A stretch of 64,000 bases of DNA from assembly GCA_016786665.1 (NCBI GenBank), contig JAEUVZ010000032.1, forward strand, positions 1 to 64,000, in the 5' to 3' direction. Shown here piece by piece: positions 31,266 to 40,696 of this stretch; position 1 is the stretch's first letter; each line of letters starts with the position of its first letter. Below the pieces are notes generated by a model. The model had not been told where the DNA came from, ran no database searches, and worked only from the letters and a program-made list of their open reading frames with translations. The stretch comes from Flavipsychrobacter sp. (GTDB taxonomy: Bacteria; Bacteroidota; Bacteroidia; Chitinophagales; Chitinophagaceae). The position numbers and the translations under genes were made by a program.

Positions 31266-32594
31266 ATGAGCAGGAGAAGGATAGTAATTCTGGGGGCGGG
31301 ATTTGCGGGCTTGCAGCTAGCCAGGAGGATAAAGGATTCCGGGTGCGATATTACCCTTATCGACCAATACAACTTCCACCAGTTTCAGCCACTGTTCTAC
31401 CAGGTAGCAACCGCCCGCCTGGAGCCCAGTTCCATCTCTTTTCCGCTGCGTAAGGTATTTCAGCGTCGCAAAAACATACACGTGCGCATAGCCAGGGTAC
31501 TGCGTGTAGATACCCTGCAGAACAAAGTGGTGACCACCGAAGGTGATTTTAGCTACGATAAGCTGGTGATAGCCACCGGCTGCACGTCCAACTATTTCGG
31601 CAATAAGGAAATAGAGCGCCATGCCTTCCCCATGAAGTCTACCACTGAAGCCATTGCACTACGCAACCGCATACTGCTCAACTTTGAGGATGCGCTCAGC
31701 GCTACCGGCGACGACCTGGATGCCATAATGAATATAGTGATAGTAGGAGGTGGCCCCACCGGTGTGGAACTGGCCGGCTCGCTTGCCGAAATGAAAAAGA
31801 ACATCCTACCGCGCGACTATCCTGACATGGATTTCTCGCATCTGCGCGTGTACCTGGTGGAAGGGCAGGCCAATACACTCGCCAATATGAGCGAAGCTTC
31901 CAAACGGAAGTCGCAGGAATACCTGGAGCGCCTGGGGGTGCAGCTGATGCTGCAAACCTTTGTTCAGTCATACGATGGTGATACCATCACGTTCAAAGAC
32001 GGAAGGCAGTTGCGGTCGCGCACGCTTATATGGGCTGCGGGCGTAATGGGCAATGTACCCGAAGGCATACCCACCGAAACTCTCGTGCACGGCAACCGGA
32101 TAAAAGTAGACCGCTACAACAAGGTTGCAGGATTGGAAAATGTATATGCCATAGGCGATGTATGCTATATGGAAACACCCAGGTATCCGCAAGGCCATCC
32201 ACAACTGGCCAATGTGGCCATCAACCAGGGGAAGAACCTCGCCCGGAACTTCCGCTCAGAGCTGAATGGGCAAGCGCTACACCCCTACGAGTACAAAGAC
32301 CCCGGCAGCATGGCCACGGTAGGGAAACGAAAAGCAGTGGTGGATCTGCCATCGTTCAGCTTCCAGGGTTTCTTTGCGTGGCTGGTATGGATGTTCCTGC
32401 ACCTGATGCTGATACTCAGTGTTAAGAACAAGCTCATTATCTTCATCAACTGGGCCATCAGCTACACTACCAACGATACCACCCTGCGCCTGATACTGTT
32501 GCCCACCCGCAAGCAACTGGAAATGGCATTTGAAGAGGCAGGCCTACCGGGAAAGCAGCCTCTGCAGGAAGGCAAGTCGCTGATGGGCGATTAA
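31266..32594 (+). CDS. ndh: Type II NADH dehydrogenase (NDH-2), FAD-dependent oxidoreductase
   Basis: Two Rossmann dinucleotide-binding motifs, GAGFAG and GGGPTGVELAG, plus a C-terminal membrane-anchoring helix. Confidence 0.85.
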   Translation: MSRRRIVILGAGFAGLQLARRIKDSGCDITLIDQYNFHQFQPLFYQVATARLEPSSISFPLRKVFQRRKNIHVRIARVLRVDTLQNKVVTTEGDFSYDKLVIATGCTSNYFGNKEIERHAFPMKSTTEAIALRNRILLNFEDALSATGDDLDAIMNIVIVGGGPTGVELAGSLAEMKKNILPRDYPDMDFSHLRVYLVEGQANTLANMSEASKRKSQEYLERLGVQLMLQTFVQSYDGDTITFKDGRQLRSRTLIWAAGVMGNVPEGIPTETLVHGNRIKVDRYNKVAGLENVYAIGDVCYMETPRYPQGHPQLANVAINQGKNLARNFRSELNGQALHPYEYKDPGSMATVGKRKAVVDLPSFSFQGFFAWLVWMFLHLMLILSVKNKLIIFINWAISYTTNDTTLRLILLPTRKQLEMAFEEAGLPGKQPLQEGKSLMGD

Positions 32595-32697
32595 AATCAC
32601 AGAATTCATATCCACATTTAGATGGACAAATCACAATTATTAAGTATTTTTACGTCGAACTACTAAAACCCCGCATGGGGCGTAGGTAGTGGTCTAA

Positions 32698-32736
32698 AAT
32701 ATTGCCGCCGGAGAATCTGGCGGCAATATTTATTTA
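32698..32736. terminator. Bidirectional terminator between ndh and the DUF3800 gene
   Basis: 12-bp perfect stem aatattgccgcc/ggcggcaatatt with T-runs on both sides. The stem abuts the stop codon of the minus-strand gene. Confidence 0.7.
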
Positions 32737-33521
32737 GGGTAAAATACAACCCCATACTCATTTTTATAAGATGCTTTCAAATTAAATATGGGTTTTAGAA
32801 TTGCGAGCAGGCTTAATAAATCCTCTTCGGCTAATACGTTCTTAATTCTCTTCCCCCATTCAATTTTCGGGTTACATAACCTTGTTTTACAGTAAAGTTG
32901 CATTATAAATGCAAGTAAGTCGGCAGCTTGAATGAAATAAGAGTCTTTTGAGTTTTTTGATAACGGATCTTCAATAAGCTTCTTAATGTCTTTTCTAATT
33001 GGCGTACCATCCAACATAGACGGTACGTAATTTATTTTTTGAATCATTCTCGTAGTTCGGCGCATCGCTGCAACTCTCCCTTCATCGGTAATAATCATAA
33101 ACCTTGCATCATCTCCCATTACGGTTAAATCATTTTCTATTCTTTGAACGCTGTAAGTAAGCGCTTTTTCTAACACCTCATACTCAGGTCGGTTAATCCC
33201 TCTTTTATTAATGCAGACAGTAACCAATTTAAAATTTAGAGTTGCTAATCCCCGGCAGTAATCGAACAGCATCTCTTTCCTTTGCTGAGGGGTAAAAAGT
33301 CCGTGATACGGATTCTTGTCTGTAATGAACTCTTTGGTATGAAACTCCTGGCTGACATTAAGGCCATACTTCGCCTTAAGCATTTTTCTTATCCCGTGCA
33401 TCCCCTCATAGTTCCGCTTCCAGTTACTTTCGTGCATATAAAGATTTGCCAGCACAAACAGCTCAGAGGACATTTGCGGATACCCATCATCTCCGGACTC
33501 ATCGAAGTAACTTAAAAACAT
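32730..33521 (-). CDS. DUF3800-like protein (hypothetical, AT-rich singleton)
   Basis: N-terminal MFLSYFDESGDDGYP matches the Y(I/F)DESG signature of DUF3800. Local GC is clearly lower than the flanking genes. Confidence 0.55.
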   Translation of the reverse strand: MFLSYFDESGDDGYPQMSSELFVLANLYMHESNWKRNYEGMHGIRKMLKAKYGLNVSQEFHTKEFITDKNPYHGLFTPQQRKEMLFDYCRGLATLNFKLVTVCINKRGINRPEYEVLEKALTYSVQRIENDLTVMGDDARFMIITDEGRVAAMRRTTRMIQKINYVPSMLDGTPIRKDIKKLIEDPLSKNSKDSYFIQAADLLAFIMQLYCKTRLCNPKIEWGKRIKNVLAEEDLLSLLAILKPIFNLKASYKNEYGVVFYPK

Positions 33522-33746
33522 AATGCTACGTATAAACTGTCGGTTAGCTTCAAAAACGTCGTCAGCCTTTACTGATAATTAGTATTGCAAACAACATGGA
33601 TACTAAAGTATATATAAAATCAACCTCCCAACTGTTTTTGGGGATATCTTCCCACTCCACCACTGACCACGCTCACTCCCATCCATGACGGCCATCATCG
33701 CCGGTTACTGCATGGCGGCATAGATTTGCCTTATTAAAGGCGATAC

Positions 33747-34130
33747 ATGAAAAAGGTCAGCATCACCCATATCGACAACCGGCACAACCAATGGCTCCGG
33801 TCGTTACAGTTTTACAAAAACGAACTGCAATTCCTGAAGGGGCGCCTTACCGAGATTGGCGGTAAAAATACCGGCGACGAGGTACTGCGCCAGGTGGAGC
33901 ATTTTGAGAACCAGTTCAAGGTGCAGGCGGACAATATCGACCGGCTCTCGCACGACATTCGCCTGAACATACAGGAAGCCGGAAGGCAGTTACAGCAATC
34001 CTCAGCCGGGTACGTGGACAGTAACCTCATCACCCGCCACGAGCAGCTGGATGACGCCTTCCTTACCGGCGAAAAAACCATCAATGAGCTCCGGCAGGAG
34101 TTCAACAGGTTCTCCGCCACCTGGATGTAA
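33747..34130 (+). CDS. Hypothetical coiled-coil protein
   Basis: 127-aa ORF with its own terminator; no recognisable domain. Confidence 0.45.
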   Translation: MKKVSITHIDNRHNQWLRSLQFYKNELQFLKGRLTEIGGKNTGDEVLRQVEHFENQFKVQADNIDRLSHDIRLNIQEAGRQLQQSSAGYVDSNLITRHEQLDDAFLTGEKTINELRQEFNRFSATWM

Positions 34131-34167
34131 CAGAAAGGTCTATCGTTTGTATATATCTAAAGTGTGC

Positions 34168-34193
34168 AGCCCCCGGTTCCCCGGGGGCTTTTG
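34168..34193 (+). terminator. Rho-independent terminator
   Basis: agcccccgg-ttcc-ccgggggct followed by tttt. Confidence 0.7.
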
Positions 34194-34396
34194 CCTGCCC
34201 CATAGGCTTGGCAAAGCAGCGGAAAAGCCGGTAGCAACCACGCAAAACAGCCCTCGGTACACCAGCTCAATTTTCGCTTTTTCGTCATGTGTTTTATGCT
34301 TAATAGACCTTAACTTTGTCAGCCTCCACCCGCTTGTGGGGGAACAGGGCCTAATCCCTGTTTTACTAACGACTAAAGTAACGCACCGGCTGAAAG

Positions 34397-37123
34397 ATGA
34401 AAGACTTCTCTTACGTGATGAGCTCACACCCCTCTTATGTTGATTCATTGTACAATGACTATGTTGCTAACCCCGAAAGCGTCGACCCGGAATGGAAGAA
34501 GTTTTTTGAAGGAGTAGACTTCGCCAGTAAAAAGAACGGCTCTCCCACACTTGAAAGCGCGCCCGTGAGCAACGAGCAACTGGGTAAGGAGCTGGGAGTG
34601 TATCGCCTTATTAATGCCTATCGCAAGCGGGGCCACCTGGTGGCACTCACCAATCCTATCCGCCCGCGTAAAGACCGCAAGCCGCACCTTGAGCTTTCCG
34701 ACTTCGGCCTTACAGAGTCCGACCTCGATATCGAATTTTACTCCGGCTCTTTCCTGAACATGGGCAAGGCCAGGCTCCGCGATATTATCGCGCACCTGCG
34801 CAAGCTCTACGCCAGCTCGGTAGGTATAGAGTACACCTACATCAACGACCTGGAGAAATGCGCCTGGGTAGAAAAAGCCTTTGAAACCATGATGGCCCGG
34901 CAGCCGGATATGGAGCAGAAGCGCCGCATACTGGAGAAGCTCAACGAAGGGGTTATCTTCGAGAAATTCCTCCACACCAAGTATATAGGCCAGAAGCGTT
35001 TCAGCCTGGAAGGTGGCGAAAGCATCATACCCGCGCTTGACGCCGTTATCAACAGCTCGGCCGACAACGAGGTGAAGGAAGTAGTGATAGGTATGGCGCA
35101 CCGCGGCCGGCTGAACATACTGGCCAACACCCTGCGCAAAACATACGAACAGATATTCAGCGAGTTTGAGGGCAATATGCCCGCCGATACCACCATGGGC
35201 AGTGGCGACGTGAAGTACCACCTGGGCTTCCGCTCCAACATACAAACGCCCAATGGCAAAGAAATAAACGTGCAGCTCACCCCCAACCCCAGCCACCTGG
35301 AAGTGGTGGACCCGGTAGTAGCCGGTTTCGCCCGGGCAAAGGCCGACACGCACTACAACAAAGATTACTCTAAGGTATTACCCGTGCTGATACACGGCGA
35401 CGCGGCCATAGCGGGGCAGGGCGTGGTGTACGAGCTGCTGCAGATGAGCAAGCTGCCCGGCTACTATACCGCCGGCACCATACACTTTGTTATCAACAAC
35501 CAGATAGGCTTTACTACCGACTTTGACGAGGCTCGCTCTGCCGACTACTGCACCAGCGTGGCCTCTATGGTACAGGCCCCCGTGCTGCACGTAAATGGCG
35601 ACGACCCCGAAGCCGTAGTGAAAGCGGCCGAACTGGCGGTAGCCTACCGCCAGCGCTTCTGCCAGGATATCTTTATAGATATTGTTTGCTACCGACGCCA
35701 CGGCCACAACGAGGGCGATGACCCTAGCTTCACCCAGCCCGACCTGTATGAGCTGATAAAAAAACACGTGAACCCCCGCGAGGTGTACACCAGCTACCTG
35801 CTGCAGAATGGCAAACCCGACGCCAAAGAACTGGCGCAGGAAATGGAAAAGAAATTCTGGGACGACCTGCAGGCCCGTCTTGATGAAATAAAGCAAAAAC
35901 CAATACCCTACCAGCTACAGACATCGGAGCAGGCCTGGAAAGACCTGGCGAAGGCAAAGCCCGAAGACCTGGAAAGCTCACCGGCTACCGCCATCACCAA
36001 GAAAGAACTCGACAAGCTTTTCAAAAGCCTGATGAATATACCCGAAGGCTTCACGCCGCTCCGGAAAATACAGAAGCTGCTGGATGAAAAAGTAAAACTC
36101 TACGACGCAGGACAGGTAGACTGGGCTACCGGCGAGCTGCTGGCCTACGCCAGCATAGTAGCCGAGGGTAAGAACGTGCGTATGAGCGGGCAAGACGTAG
36201 AGCGCGGCACCTTCAGCCACCGCCACGCCGTACTGCACGATGAGAAGAGCAATAAAGAGCACAACCGCCTCAGCAACCTCAACGATAAGAGCCGCTTCCT
36301 GATATACAACTCCCTGCTCAGCGAATTCGCCGTGCTGGGCTTTGAATACGGTTACTCCATCGCCAACCCCGATGCGCTCACTATATGGGAAGCGCAGTTT
36401 GGCGACTTTAACAACGGCGCGCAAACCGTAATAGACCAGTACATTGTTTCTGCCGAAACCAAGTGGCAGAAAATGAGCGGGCTGGTGCTGCTGCTGCCAC
36501 ACGGCTACGAGGGCCAGGGGCCGGAGCACTCTTCCGCCCGCCTGGAACGTTTCCTCCAGCTCTGTGCCGAAAACAACATCATCATTACCAACATCACTAC
36601 TTCGGCCAACCTGTTCCATATGTTCCGCCGCCAGCTCGCCTGGAACTTCCGCAAACCACTGGTCAACTTCTCACCTAAGGCTAACCTTCGCCACGTAAGG
36701 GCGCAGTCGCCTATTGAAGATTTTACCAAAGGTGGCTTCAAAGAAGTGGTAGACGACCCGAACGTAAAGACCGCGAGCAAGGTAAAGCGCGTGATACTCT
36801 GCAGCGGCAAAGTGTACTTCGACCTCAGCGAAAAACAGATGCAGGAAAAGCGCGATGGCGTGGCCATCGTTCGCCTGGAGCAGATATACCCAACCCCGGT
36901 AAAACAACTCCAGGAGCTGGCCGCCAAATACAAAAACGCCGAATGGGTGTGGGTACAGGAAGAACCGCGCAACATGGGCGCACTCAGCTTCCTGAACCTG
37001 AACCTGGAAGGCATTACCATCAGCAAATACGTCAGCCGCCCCGCAATGGCCGCTTCCGCAACGGGCTTCTCCAAGATGCACGCCAAAGAGCAAGCCACAC
37101 TGCTGGAGCAAGCCTTCAGCTAA
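34397..37123 (+). CDS. sucA: 2-oxoglutarate dehydrogenase E1 component
   Basis: ~900 aa with N-terminus YVDSLYNDYVANPESVDPEWKKFF and TPP-binding and transketolase-like regions. An alternative start is ATG 34418. Confidence 0.9.
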   Translation: MKDFSYVMSSHPSYVDSLYNDYVANPESVDPEWKKFFEGVDFASKKNGSPTLESAPVSNEQLGKELGVYRLINAYRKRGHLVALTNPIRPRKDRKPHLELSDFGLTESDLDIEFYSGSFLNMGKARLRDIIAHLRKLYASSVGIEYTYINDLEKCAWVEKAFETMMARQPDMEQKRRILEKLNEGVIFEKFLHTKYIGQKRFSLEGGESIIPALDAVINSSADNEVKEVVIGMAHRGRLNILANTLRKTYEQIFSEFEGNMPADTTMGSGDVKYHLGFRSNIQTPNGKEINVQLTPNPSHLEVVDPVVAGFARAKADTHYNKDYSKVLPVLIHGDAAIAGQGVVYELLQMSKLPGYYTAGTIHFVINNQIGFTTDFDEARSADYCTSVASMVQAPVLHVNGDDPEAVVKAAELAVAYRQRFCQDIFIDIVCYRRHGHNEGDDPSFTQPDLYELIKKHVNPREVYTSYLLQNGKPDAKELAQEMEKKFWDDLQARLDEIKQKPIPYQLQTSEQAWKDLAKAKPEDLESSPATAITKKELDKLFKSLMNIPEGFTPLRKIQKLLDEKVKLYDAGQVDWATGELLAYASIVAEGKNVRMSGQDVERGTFSHRHAVLHDEKSNKEHNRLSNLNDKSRFLIYNSLLSEFAVLGFEYGYSIANPDALTIWEAQFGDFNNGAQTVIDQYIVSAETKWQKMSGLVLLLPHGYEGQGPEHSSARLERFLQLCAENNIIITNITTSANLFHMFRRQLAWNFRKPLVNFSPKANLRHVRAQSPIEDFTKGGFKEVVDDPNVKTASKVKRVILCSGKVYFDLSEKQMQEKRDGVAIVRLEQIYPTPVKQLQELAAKYKNAEWVWVQEEPRNMGALSFLNLNLEGITISKYVSRPAMAASATGFSKMHAKEQATLLEQAFS

Positions 37124-37143
37124 GCCGGCGGCATAACCACATA

Positions 37144-37182
37144 CAAGAATCCCCTCCCGGTTTTTCCGGGAGGGGATTCTTG
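37144..37182. terminator. Bidirectional terminator between sucA and the VOC gene
   Basis: Perfect 17-bp stem caagaatcccctcccgg/ccgggaggggattcttg with loop ttttt. Confidence 0.8.
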
Positions 37183-37256
37183 TATAATGCCTACAGTTGT
37201 TATTGGCAGCAAAGCGGTCTAACCACTCGTTGTTGCCCAGGGTCAAAATCAATCCA

Positions 37257-37649
37257 TCAGCTATCCACCTGGCCTCCTAACACAAAGTGCGGATTATAAA
37301 TAATCCCAAACACGTTGCCCCAGGGGTCCTTCACCGCTGCCACCACTATATCCCCGCCCACATCCGTGGGTGGCTCGTGTGCCGTAGCCCCCTTGGCGAG
37401 CAGCATATCATACACCTCCTGCACCCGCTCCACACCCCAGTAGGTGGTAGCAGTATCCGGGCGGCTGTTATCCACTGCATCCTCTGCTGATAGCCCCAGC
37501 TCAAACCCGCCTACATTAAACCCCACATAGAAGGGCATATCAAAATAAGGCGCTACACCCAGTACATCGGCATACCAGTTTTTGGCGGCCGTTATATCCG
37601 TTACCTTATAGTTTAGCGTGCGCAGCCCCAGGAATGGTGTTTGGTTCAT
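37257..37649 (-). CDS. VOC family protein (glyoxalase/bleomycin-resistance fold)
   Basis: ~130 aa; betaalphabetabetabeta modules with ...HEPPTDVGGDIVVAAVKDPWGNVFGI.... Confidence 0.7.
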   Translation of the reverse strand: MNQTPFLGLRTLNYKVTDITAAKNWYADVLGVAPYFDMPFYVGFNVGGFELGLSAEDAVDNSRPDTATTYWGVERVQEVYDMLLAKGATAHEPPTDVGGDIVVAAVKDPWGNVFGIIYNPHFVLGGQVDS

Positions 37650-37796
37650 CTTTTATAAAGGCGTGTTTTTAAATCACGCCTGCGGGTAAAATTACCCCAT
37701 CCAACCGTAACCACCATTGGCCCACGCCGCATGATATCCACATAAAAGCGTTCCGCCTAATCATCAGGGCGCCACCCTGTCGCCCTTGCGAGCGCA

Positions 37797-37833
37797 GCAA
37801 CTGTTCTCATGGAGCGCAGCGGAATAATCTCAC
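37797..37833. repeat. Left copy of a 37-bp imperfect inverted repeat bounding the tRNA-Lys-adjacent islet
   Basis: gcaactgttctcatggagcgcagcggaataatctcac. The reverse complement matches 40956-40992 at ~32/37 positions. Confidence 0.6.
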
Positions 37834-38037
37834 GCCTCGTTCTTGCTCATGAAAGCTTACCTGAAAGTCTGCCTCTATTGAGGAGATATGCCGTAAAATA
37901 AAGATCAGCACCCGCCTGGAACTGGCCATATTTGCTATAAGAGTTGGCATTGCACCATATAATGAAATGAATGCATCGCTCGCGAGATAAAATCAGCCTC
38001 ACTGTATTTCGCAGTAAGGCTGATTACTTTATTTTTT

Positions 38038-38090
38038 AGCCGATCTGGAGATTGGCCACCACTACGACGTAGAGAAACTCTACGCCGAAC
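38038..38090 (+). repeat. Solo 3'-end fragment of the mosaic hairpin repeat (S3 end)
   Basis: gccgatctggagattggccaccactacgacgtagagaaactctacgccgaa matches the 3' ends of repeat copies A and B. Confidence 0.6.
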
Positions 38091-38159
38091 TATCAATAAT
38101 GGTCAGAAATTACGCTGACCGTGGTTGTTTTTACCATAGAATGCGGAGTGAGGGTCAGA

Positions 38160-38684
38160 CTATCCTAAATGTGATTCCTCAACATATTTATCTATAAATC
38201 TTGGCCAGTCATTGTGAGGAATTAATTGATTAATTTCTAAACAGACTTTTTGAATAATTGAAAGTGACACTTTAGCAAACCGAACGTCCTGCCTTACTCC
38301 ATTCAATAACTTATCCCATACAAAAAGATAATTCGGAGCTTCATATACTGCACTTATTAGCCATGGGTCAAAATTTTCTCCTAAAAACAAATTGTGTCTG
38401 TCTTCATGAATCTGTTCTTTTGTGAACTTTTTCTTCGAAGTCCCCTCATCATTTAGTCTATAAAAGATAGCGCTTGGCGACAGTTCTCTTAAATTATTAT
38501 TTTCAAACAACAAAAAGTCCTTTGCTAATTTGTTTAAGGTTTTAATAAAAGGAGCTATCCTTTCAATACTGTCAAAGATTCCAATTTCTTCGCCATCTAT
38601 ATACAGGCAGGTTTTACCCATTAAAGGTTGGGACTTTATTATGACAATTTTAGCAGCAAATATGTCACTATTTCCATTTATCAT
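38160..38684 (-). CDS. Hypothetical cytoplasmic protein, AT-rich cassette ORF (immunity-protein-like)
   Basis: 174 aa with no TM or signal peptide. GC is far below the genome background. It is flanked by the mosaic repeat. Confidence 0.5.
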   Translation of the reverse strand: MINGNSDIFAAKIVIIKSQPLMGKTCLYIDGEEIGIFDSIERIAPFIKTLNKLAKDFLLFENNNLRELSPSAIFYRLNDEGTSKKKFTKEQIHEDRHNLFLGENFDPWLISAVYEAPNYLFVWDKLLNGVRQDVRFAKVSLSIIQKVCLEINQLIPHNDWPRFIDKYVEESHLG

Positions 38685-38781
38685 AGCGTTGTTTTTCTTT
38701 ATCGAAACCTGTCTCTAATTTCTGCTGGGACTTTTCGAATTGGTGGTACCATTTCGTTCCATCTATTTCTGTTTTCGCCTG

Positions 38782-39211
38782 TCGAACCACCCCGCTTGGC
38801 GTAGTCTCTGACTACGTCGAAACCGGCTGTCAATCTCCTGATTGACGAAATTCTTTACTCATACCTATCACACAATTTAAAATGAATTTCACAGGCGCGG
38901 GAGCTTGCAGAGCGCTCCCGTGTCTGCATGGGTAAACCGGACTTTGCCCGGCTGCACAACCACCGATACTGTCGTTCTTTGGCGGAAGCGTCCCGCTTGC
39001 GGAAATGAAGTTAATTAATAATCCGTGGTTTCCTGGGATTGCTACGCGGGTCGGAGACTCGTTTTACTGGGTGGGCACAGGAGCCTCGCTCAACACAGTT
39101 GTTCGGGCAGGCGCTGCGCTAACTCCTGCGCCAGTGGGCGCAATGAAGCTGATAGTGTTTGTATTACTCGCCGATCTGGAGATCGGCCACCATAGCGACG
39201 TAGAGGAACTC
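38782..39211 (+). repeat. Mosaic hairpin-rich repeat, copy A (modules S1+S2+S3, complete with TIR-like ends)
   Basis: It begins t.ggcgtagTCtctGActacgtcg and ends gcgacgtagAGgaaCTctacgcc.a. The two ends are an inverted pair with covarying stem bases. Inside is a string of 6-8-bp-stem hairpins (gtcaatc/gattgac, cgggag/ctcccg, ccggac/gtccgg, tgcgcc/ggcgca, gccgatct/agatcggc). Confidence 0.7.
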
Positions 39212-39247
39212 TACGCCAAACTAGGGGTTGAGATAATGCGCATATGG

Positions 39248-39652
39248 TTATTTTGTGTAATTCAGTATCCAACTTAAACTATCTGGGAATTGATAATTGA
39301 ATGCTTCAAAGTCTCTTTTTATAATAAGAATTAAATTATTTGAGGGTCTTTGTGGATGATAAACTACCGGAAAATATCTGTTAAGAAAATATTCATCACA
39401 GTCAGCAGGGCTTAGGCTAGAAGTATTGATTGATGTAGACCCTTTATATTCTTGATTGCTTAATGTAAAGGTGTAATCAATCGAGATACTTCCACCACGC
39501 CCACGTCCCCCATAAGTACATTTTGTTATTCGTCCTCCATTAATTATATTATTATTCTCTCGCAACTCTTTAGATAGCTTAATGCCCCAAAAATAAAATG
39601 GTGTTATCACAACCACGGCGAACAAAGTTATCATTAATACTTTCCTTTTCAT
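39248..39652 (-). CDS. Small membrane-anchored hypothetical protein (N-terminal TM helix; ..VYHPQRPSNN.. C-terminal motif, DUF3592-like); paralog of 40263..40655
   Basis: 134 aa, AT-rich; MKRKVLMITLFAVVVITPFYFWGI forms a TM anchor. It shares G+I.K...SI.I.Y.F.L and VY.P..P.NN.ILI....Y/FN...PDSL.W motifs with the next cassette ORF. Confidence 0.55.
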   Translation of the reverse strand: MKRKVLMITLFAVVVITPFYFWGIKLSKELRENNNIINGGRITKCTYGGRGRGGSISIDYTFTLSNQEYKGSTSINTSSLSPADCDEYFLNRYFPVVYHPQRPSNNLILIIKRDFEAFNYQFPDSLSWILNYTK

Positions 39653-39716
39653 AAGTGTATCTATTTTGCTTTTCCAGTTGTATCATCAATCTTGTTCGTA
39701 ACAGTTTGAATAATTA

Positions 39717-40050
39717 CCTCACTGGCGCGGGAGTTAGCAAAGCGCTCCCGTGTCTATATGGGTAAACCGGACTTTGTCCGGCTGCACAACCACCGATAAC
39801 GGCGTTCGCTAGCCGAAGCGTCCCGCTTTCGGAAATGAAGTTAATTAATAATCCGTGGTTTCCTGGGATTGCTGCGCGGGTCGGAGACCCGTTTTGCTGG
39901 GTGGGCACAGGAGCCTCGCTCAACGCAGTTGTTCGGGCAGGCGCTGCGCTAACTCCTGCGCCAGTGGGCGCAATGAAGCTGATAGTGTTTGTATTACTCG
40001 CCGATCTGGAGATCGGCCACCGGTGCGACGTAGAGAAACTCTACGCCGAG
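39717..40050 (+). repeat. Mosaic hairpin-rich repeat, copy B (modules S2+S3)
   Basis: ~90% identical to the S2+S3 part of copy A. It ends with the same TIR-like hairpin gcgacgtagagaaactctacgccgag. Confidence 0.7.
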
Positions 40051-40262
40051 TGAGGGAAGCAGCAGAATGATTTCTTAGATTGACGAACCCCGTTGCTCAT
40101 ACCCGCAGTTTTTATTCTATAACAATCTACTATTAAAATAAAACATCCTTACTGAATAAACAGTAAGGACGTTTGTTGAAAGACATTCTCTTTCTAGCTC
40201 AAGATTATTCGAACTAGGAACATTACTTATGTCAGAATAAATTGAAGTTTTGATGCCCAAGA

Positions 40263-40655
40263 TTATTGAGTAAAGTATTGTTCAACCCAATACAAACTAT
40301 CTGGTTTTTTTAAATTATAATATTCATAATCCTCATCAGTTATTAGTATTTCGTTATTCTTAGGATTCTTCGGCTCATATACAATGGTAAAAAAATGCCC
40401 AACAAATTTATTTTCCCAATTAATAGATATATTAGTATAAGATTTAGTGTTTCTGTAAACTTTATCATTTAAATTAAATTGATATACAATAACGATTGAA
40501 GACCGCTTAGATACACTATTGAATTTGATTACCTTACCTGTGGAAAAAGACGGAGAATTTTTTATTTTACCTCGCTTCTCTTGTAGATGATATGTCCAAA
40601 AAACACCTGCAATTAGAAGACATAATATGACAATCCATGTTTCCCTTTTTTTCAT
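40263..40655 (-). CDS. Small membrane-anchored hypothetical protein (N-terminal TM helix; ..VYEPKNPKNN.. motif); paralog of 39248..39652
   Basis: 130 aa from ATG 40655 (MKKRETWIVILCLLIAGVFW). The longer track ORF runs into the repeat and is closed upstream by TAA. AT-rich. Confidence 0.55.
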   Translation of the reverse strand: MKKRETWIVILCLLIAGVFWTYHLQEKRGKIKNSPSFSTGKVIKFNSVSKRSSIVIVYQFNLNDKVYRNTKSYTNISINWENKFVGHFFTIVYEPKNPKNNEILITDEDYEYYNLKKPDSLYWVEQYFTQ

Positions 40656-40696
40656 GAGTTTTACTTTTTTGTAACAGTAGTAACGCTTTTTATGCC

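Noticed and set aside
39005-40070. ORFs predicted inside the mosaic repeat (39005..39277 +, 39835..40053 +, 39855..40070 +, 39714..39923 -, 39090..39272 -)
   Set aside because: The open frames differ between repeat copies (different strand or frame in copies A and B), and variation is concentrated in hairpin loops, so they look non-coding.
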